From: Tolypothrix carrinoi HA7290-LM1
GTDB taxonomy: Bacteria > Cyanobacteriota > Cyanobacteriia > Cyanobacteriales > Nostocaceae
Assembly (NCBI GenBank): GCA_019358935.1
Contig: JAHHIK010000175.1
Coordinates: 1 to 10,753 of the forward strand
Length of the DNA stretch: 10,753 nucleotides
Direction of reading: 5' to 3'
Below are positions 5,906 to 10,753 of the stretch, one piece after another. Both the position numbers and the translations under genes were made by a program. The first letter of the stretch is position 1; each line of letters starts with the position of its first letter. The notes below the pieces were generated by a model, which made no database searches, was not told where the DNA came from, and saw only the letters and a list, made by a program, of their open reading frames with translations.

Positions 5906-6787
5906 TCATGTCAACGGCGTAACCCAATAAGTAGTTCCCCTGACGATTTTGTTTTTAAACCCAAATCTAGGTAAATTTTCTTCAGTTAAACCGACATAAG
6001 TCCAATGTGGAACGTCATTTTCTACAGTTTGAAACCAACCATTTTTATTCAACGCTTGTCTTTGCGCTTGACTGGAAACCCGTAAATCAATCGCTAATCC
6101 CCAGAGATGTTGTGATGCTCCTGGTGGTGCAACTACACCGAGAATTGCTGTTTCTTTACCTTGTCTAACTCGTGACAAAGTATTGTTATTAGCGTATTTT
6201 CTCCAGAATCTTAAATTTGTCGCAAAAGTGCGAGTACAATCACTACCGCCGTAACCAGATTTGAGCGGAATTCTCACTGCTGATTTGGCTTTATTGAAAG
6301 CGTCTGCTGCTGATTTTTGTAAATAACAGTCATTAGTATTATCTACTTTCCCCATTGTTAAAGTAGTTTGAAAAGCTTTCGTTTCTTGCTCGTTAGCTAA
6401 GATAATTTTTGGCGGTAGTTTAATTTCTGGTTGTTGATTTACAAATGCTGCACCGTATGCTTTCAACAAAATATATTCAAAAGTACCGGGTTGAGGAATT
6501 GTTGGTAATTGATGTGCGATCGCATTCAAAAAACGTTGTGGTTCTGGCAAATTGGCATCGGGTATTTGCGGCGTAATAGGAGTTGGTGAAATCATTGGTT
6601 GTGATGTATTTGGGCAAATTTTATTTAAATCTCTATAACTACCTGAAGAACGAGCAGTTAAACAATCTTGCAATTTTCGGATATCTGTACTTAATGTCCG
6701 ATGAGTAATTCCATTACTAGCAACTAAAGCAAAAACTATAAAAATAACAATACTAATAAAAGAACTTTTTCGCCAAAATCGTTTCAT
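5906..6787 (-). CDS. Exported or membrane-anchored M15 zinc peptidase (VanY/D-Ala-D-Ala carboxypeptidase-like fold)
   Basis: APPGASQHLWGLAIDL fits SxHxxGxAxD; distal DVPHW supplies the third ligand. Basic plus hydrophobic N-terminus from ATG 6787 (MKRFWRK...IVIFIVFALVA). Confidence 0.82.
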   Translation of the reverse strand: MKRFWRKSSFISIVIFIVFALVASNGITHRTLSTDIRKLQDCLTARSSGSYRDLNKICPNTSQPMISPTPITPQIPDANLPEPQRFLNAIAHQLPTIPQPGTFEYILLKAYGAAFVNQQPEIKLPPKIILANEQETKAFQTTLTMGKVDNTNDCYLQKSAADAFNKAKSAVRIPLKSGYGGSDCTRTFATNLRFWRKYANNNTLSRVRQGKETAILGVVAPPGASQHLWGLAIDLRVSSQAQRQALNKNGWFQTVENDVPHWTYVGLTEENLPRFGFKNKIVRGTTYWVTPLT

Positions 6788-6929
6788 TATCTTTTCACCT
6801 AATGTCAATACAAATATTTTTATTCTTTATTCATAATTATTACAATTCCTTCTTGTCAGCAACCTACGACCATTAAACCACTGAATCGGTTATTATTAAG
6901 AATAACTCTAAGCTTGCTGATACTTAAGT

Positions 6930-8852
6930 ATGACCATGCACAATTCCATTGAATTCCAAGACGCTTTCGATGTCATTGTCGTCGGTGCAGGTCACTCTGG
7001 TTGCGAAGCAGCCCTCGCTAGCGCCCGCTTGGGTTGTCGTACCCTGCTGCTGACACTTAACTTGGATAAAATCGCTTGGCAACCCTGCAATCCAGCGGTG
7101 GGTGGTCCGGCAAAATCTCAGTTGACGCATGAGGTGGATGCATTAGGCGGGGAAATCGGTAAAATCGCAGACCGCACCTACTTACAAAAGCGGATTCTCA
7201 ATTCTTCACGCGGACCTGCGGTTTGGGCTTTACGCGCTCAAACTGACAAGCGGGAATACGCGGCGTTAATGAAAAATATTGTCGAAAATCAAGAAAACTT
7301 AACAATCCGCGAAGCAATGGCGACGGATTTAGTTTTAGGCGCAAACGATGAAGTTATCGGCGTTGAAACTTACTTTGGTGTCGGTTTTGCCTGCAAAGCG
7401 GTGATTTTGACCACAGGAACGTTTTTAGGCGGACGAATTTGGGTTGGTAACAAGTCGATGGCAGCGGGACGCGCTGGAGAATTTGCCGCTGAAGGATTGA
7501 CACATACTCTCAATCGCTTGGGATTTGAAACCGGACGATTAAAGACGGGAACGCCGGCACGAGTTGACAAGCGGTCTGTAGATTACAGTAAAATGTCACC
7601 GCAACCTGGGGATGAAGAAGTCCGCTGGTTTAGCTTTGACCCGGATGTGTGGGTAGAAAGAGAACAAATGCCTTGCCATATTACCCGCACGACGGCGGAA
7701 ACTCATCGCCTAATTCGGGAAAATTTGCATTTGTCGCCGGTTTATGGGGGTTGGGTGGAAGCTAAAGGACCGCGATACTGTCCGAGTATTGAAGATAAAA
7801 TTGTCCGCTTTGCCGATAAGGAAAGTCACCAAATCTTTATTGAACCGGAAGGACGAGATATTCCGGAACTTTACATTCAAGGGTTTTCTACAGGTTTGCC
7901 AGAAAATTTGCAACTTTTAATGTTGCGGAGTCTTCCTGGTTTGGAAAATTGTATTATGCTGCGCCCAGCTTATGCGGTTGAGTACGATTACTTACCCGCG
8001 ACTCAGTGTTATCCCACGTTGATGACTAAAAAAGTTGCTGGGTTGTTTTGCGCGGGACAGATTAATGGTACAACTGGCTATGAAGAAGCCGCGACACAAG
8101 GAATTGTGGCGGGAATTAATGCAGCGCGGTTTGTGCGCGATCGCGAAATGATTGTTTTTTCGCGTGAGGAAAGTTACATAGGTACTCTGTTAGATGACTT
8201 GTGTACCAAGGATTTGCGCGAGCCTTACCGTATGCTTACGAGTAGGTCAGAGTATCGTTTAGTGCTGCGTTCTGACAATGCCGACCAACGTTTAACACCT
8301 CTGGGACGAGAAATCGGTTTGATTGACGATCGCCGCTGGGAATTATTTACCCGCAAGCAAGAGAATATTACCGCCGAAAAAGAACGGCTGTACGCAACGC
8401 GGGTGAAAGAAAACTCAGAAATCGGGCAGGCGATCGCCTCCGGTACGCAACAAGCAATCAAAGGTTCAATCACCCTTGCTGACTTGCTACGGCGTCCGGG
8501 ATTCCATTACACTGACCTCGATAGATATCAACTCGGCAACCCCAACTTAAAAACTGCGGAAAAAGAAGGTGCGGAAATTGACATTAAGTATTCCGGGTAT
8601 TTACAACGCCAACAAAATCAAATTGACCAAATAGCCCGCCAAGCACACCGCCAATTGCCAGCAAATCTAGACTACGCAACGATTGATACCCTATCTAAAG
8701 AAGCACGGGAAAAGTTAAACTCCGTAAAACCACTGACAATCGGACAAGCAGCACGTATAGGGGGTGTTAATCCTGCTGATGTCAATGCCCTATTACTATA
8801 TTTAGAATTACGTAGGAACAAGACACCGAAGGAGTTTTCTGCCTTAGCTTAA
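6930..8852 (+). CDS. mnmG: tRNA uridine-5-carboxymethylaminomethyl(34) synthesis enzyme MnmG (GidA)
   Basis: 640 aa. GAGHSG FAD motif, [75 protein letters not shown]. Confidence 0.98.
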   Translation: MTMHNSIEFQDAFDVIVVGAGHSGCEAALASARLGCRTLLLTLNLDKIAWQPCNPAVGGPAKSQLTHEVDALGGEIGKIADRTYLQKRILNSSRGPAVWALRAQTDKREYAALMKNIVENQENLTIREAMATDLVLGANDEVIGVETYFGVGFACKAVILTTGTFLGGRIWVGNKSMAAGRAGEFAAEGLTHTLNRLGFETGRLKTGTPARVDKRSVDYSKMSPQPGDEEVRWFSFDPDVWVEREQMPCHITRTTAETHRLIRENLHLSPVYGGWVEAKGPRYCPSIEDKIVRFADKESHQIFIEPEGRDIPELYIQGFSTGLPENLQLLMLRSLPGLENCIMLRPAYAVEYDYLPATQCYPTLMTKKVAGLFCAGQINGTTGYEEAATQGIVAGINAARFVRDREMIVFSREESYIGTLLDDLCTKDLREPYRMLTSRSEYRLVLRSDNADQRLTPLGREIGLIDDRRWELFTRKQENITAEKERLYATRVKENSEIGQAIASGTQQAIKGSITLADLLRRPGFHYTDLDRYQLGNPNLKTAEKEGAEIDIKYSGYLQRQQNQIDQIARQAHRQLPANLDYATIDTLSKEAREKLNSVKPLTIGQAARIGGVNPADVNALLLYLELRRNKTPKEFSALA

Positions 8853-8964
8853 AATAAACTTCATAAAGGATGAGTATAGTAGTAGGGTGAAACCGGAAGA
8901 GGCTGGTATGATAGATGACATTAGTTCAAAACTGGCATTATCAGTCAATACCTTCGCTCCTATC

Positions 8965-9079
8965 CGACACCCTGTAAGGGTGTCGCTATACAAACACTCG
9001 TGTGCCTCCGCAGCCTGCAAGGATTTCAGCCCACGGAGGTGGGCTTTGTTCGTGTAGCCCCAGGCTTATAGCCTGTGGG
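8965..9079. repeat. REP-doublet-like multi-hairpin repeat downstream of mnmG
   Basis: Hairpins CGACACCCT-gta-AGGGTGTCG (8965-8985), AGCCCAC-ggag-GTGGGCT (9028-9045) and CAGGCT-tat-AGCCTG (9061-9075). Linkers GCTATACAAACA and TGTTCGTGTAGC are inverted relative to each other. Confidence 0.8.
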
Positions 9080-9227
9080 TGAGGAGTTTCAAGTTGACAT
9101 TTCATACTACTTAGACAATCAACTTGTCTAGTTTGAACGCTCTTATTGGATAGAAATAGGCAAAATCCATACTTTCAGGCAGTATAGACGAACTCTATCG
9201 TCCCAAAAGCCACAACTTAAAATCGCT

Positions 9228-10595
9228 ATGTCACAACAAGCCAGCACCCATCTTATAATTCCGGAACCCTCAGAAGAACTGATCGGCAGCGAACCCTGGT
9301 CGATAGAGTCATATGCTGATGGCTTTATGGATGAACTGTTTGCCGATATTGACAATATTTTGCATAGTAATGGGATGCCTTCCCAAACAATACATTACAG
9401 CAGTCGCGCATCACGAAGTAGTATAGAGGACTTGCAAAGAGCGCTGTATCCAGAATATGTCATCCCCACGCCGAGAACATCGCAAATCGTTTTACCCGAA
9501 ACATCACCACCGATACAAACAGCTTCTCAAAATAGAAAGCAATTGAGTAAAGTTGTGGTTGGCGCACCGGGTGCAACTAAATCAGTCAGTAAAAAGCATC
9601 ACAAAGCGCGGATTGCTTGGGGCAAATTGCTGTCTTTTGGAGCTACCTTAGGCGTGGCGATCGCTGGTATTATCTTTTTGCTTAACTCTGGACTGATTTA
9701 CCGGATAAATTCTAAATTGATCGAGCAATCGATTCAACAACCGCAATTAAAGACTCAATTGCCTGCCAAAGTTGAAGTGGAGGCAGATTTAGTTCAATAT
9801 ATGTTGGGAGCGCTGGCAATCATCGACAGACAAGAAGCAAAAAGCTCTCAAAAATCTACTAAAAGTGCGATCGCCACTGCGGTAATTCCTACCCAAACAG
9901 CTTTTGCTTATGTTACCCCAACAATAAAACCACCAGCTAGAGGTAATTTACCACCAGTTCTCGCCGCTAATAATACACCCCCCGCCGCACCCCGGACAAC
10001 CATCGTCGAGCGGATTTACATCCCAGTTTATCAAGCACCGCAACCAATGCGCTATGCGCCACCGCCAATTGCTGGGGTTCGGAAAATTTTACCGACGGCG
10101 GCTTCTCACGCATCTAAACCGGCACCAGTGAAAAAGGCTTTAAAATCTGTCCCCAAACCAGCCAAACCCGTGCCTGCAAACATGGTGGCAACTGCGGTGC
10201 GAACAGAACTCAAGCCTGTGGCTGTGCGAACTGCACCGATTACTTTGCGACAACCGTCTAAACCTTTACCTGTGTTAAAAGTTACTGCTTTTCAAGCTGC
10301 GCCACCAAAACTACCCGCAGCCACAGCACCGTCAGCGCCAACGCCAAAAGAGCCAAAAATTGTTGAAAAACAGGCATATGTGGAAATGGCGGCTCCTACC
10401 AATACTTTGGAAGGATTGCTAGAGTTAGGTGACAAATCTGCGGCTTTGTTTAAAATCGATGGGGTGACACGTCGCATCGATGTCGGTGAAAGCATTGGTT
10501 CTAGCGGTTGGACTTTAGTGGAGGTGAGTAAAGGTGAAGCTGTTGTGCGTCGCAACGGCGAAGTGCGATCGATTTACACTGGTCAAAATTTGTAA
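9228..10595 (+). CDS. Hypothetical bitopic membrane protein with long Pro/Ala/Lys-rich linker and C-terminal GspC-HR/PilP-like beta domain
   Basis: 455 aa. One hydrophobic segment (LLSFGATLGVAIAGIIFLL) after a basic stretch, about 170 aa of Pro-rich region, and C-terminus TLEGLLELGDKSAALFKIDG...VGESIG..GWTLVEVSKGEAVVRRNGE. Confidence 0.75.
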   Translation: MSQQASTHLIIPEPSEELIGSEPWSIESYADGFMDELFADIDNILHSNGMPSQTIHYSSRASRSSIEDLQRALYPEYVIPTPRTSQIVLPETSPPIQTASQNRKQLSKVVVGAPGATKSVSKKHHKARIAWGKLLSFGATLGVAIAGIIFLLNSGLIYRINSKLIEQSIQQPQLKTQLPAKVEVEADLVQYMLGALAIIDRQEAKSSQKSTKSAIATAVIPTQTAFAYVTPTIKPPARGNLPPVLAANNTPPAAPRTTIVERIYIPVYQAPQPMRYAPPPIAGVRKILPTAASHASKPAPVKKALKSVPKPAKPVPANMVATAVRTELKPVAVRTAPITLRQPSKPLPVLKVTAFQAAPPKLPAATAPSAPTPKEPKIVEKQAYVEMAAPTNTLEGLLELGDKSAALFKIDGVTRRIDVGESIGSSGWTLVEVSKGEAVVRRNGEVRSIYTGQNL

Positions 10596-10753
10596 AATTC
10601 ACTTTCAGAGTAATGGTTGGGCGATCGCGCTTAGTACATGTCACCGCAAAAAAGGGTCGGAAATAGAGGAGGATATTTTTTGTAGGGTGGCATAAAAATC
10701 AGACATGCAAGGACGTATCTCAAGTATCCGGGTTGAAATAACTGGTGAGCAGC

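Larger units (their letters stand above)
162..10628. repeat. HIP1 octamers (GCGATCGC), 13 dispersed copies
   Basis: Found by eye at 162, 2156, 3659, 3946, 5324, 5552, 5616, 6516, 8137, 8430, 9657, 9867 and 10621. Confidence 0.9.

Noticed and set aside
8080..8102. MnmG motif reads EEAATQG rather than the usual EEAAAQG
   Set aside because: A single conservative substitution in an otherwise intact gene; no basis for a functional claim.
5305..10555. ORFs 5305..5529, 6924..7130, 7370..7570, 7710..7913, 8225..8473, 9143..9355 and 10292..10555
   Set aside because: All are antisense to well-supported genes.

Overview
Chromosomal window from a filamentous, probably heterocystous cyanobacterium, inferred from 13 HIP1 GCGATCGC octamers, heptamer STRR tandem repeats and small hairpin repeats. 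The left half is a minus-strand run: TIGR04376 (PspA-like) gene, XPB/Rad25-type SF2 helicase, DUF790 (Bax1-like) PD-(D/E)xK nuclease, antitoxin 1, an unannotated truncated PIN gene, a copy of the DUF790 3' tail, antitoxin 2, and an intact PIN/VapC toxin. Beyond it lie a 183-bp MITE with TIRs and a target-site duplication, and a short, probably truncated ORF. The centre holds an unannotated hicB pseudogene plus a hicA stub and an M15 zinc peptidase. The right half holds mnmG (gidA) and a membrane-anchored Pro-rich protein with a GspC-HR/PilP-like C-terminal domain. Three things stand out: an archaeal-type XPB-Bax1 pair hard-wired to stacked, swapped PIN toxin-antitoxin cassettes with a readable recombination scar; a shared, covarying four-hairpin repeat architecture at two loci; and a nested repeat whose empty form sits in frame in the helicase gene. 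Family assignments come from motif recognition, not database searches.
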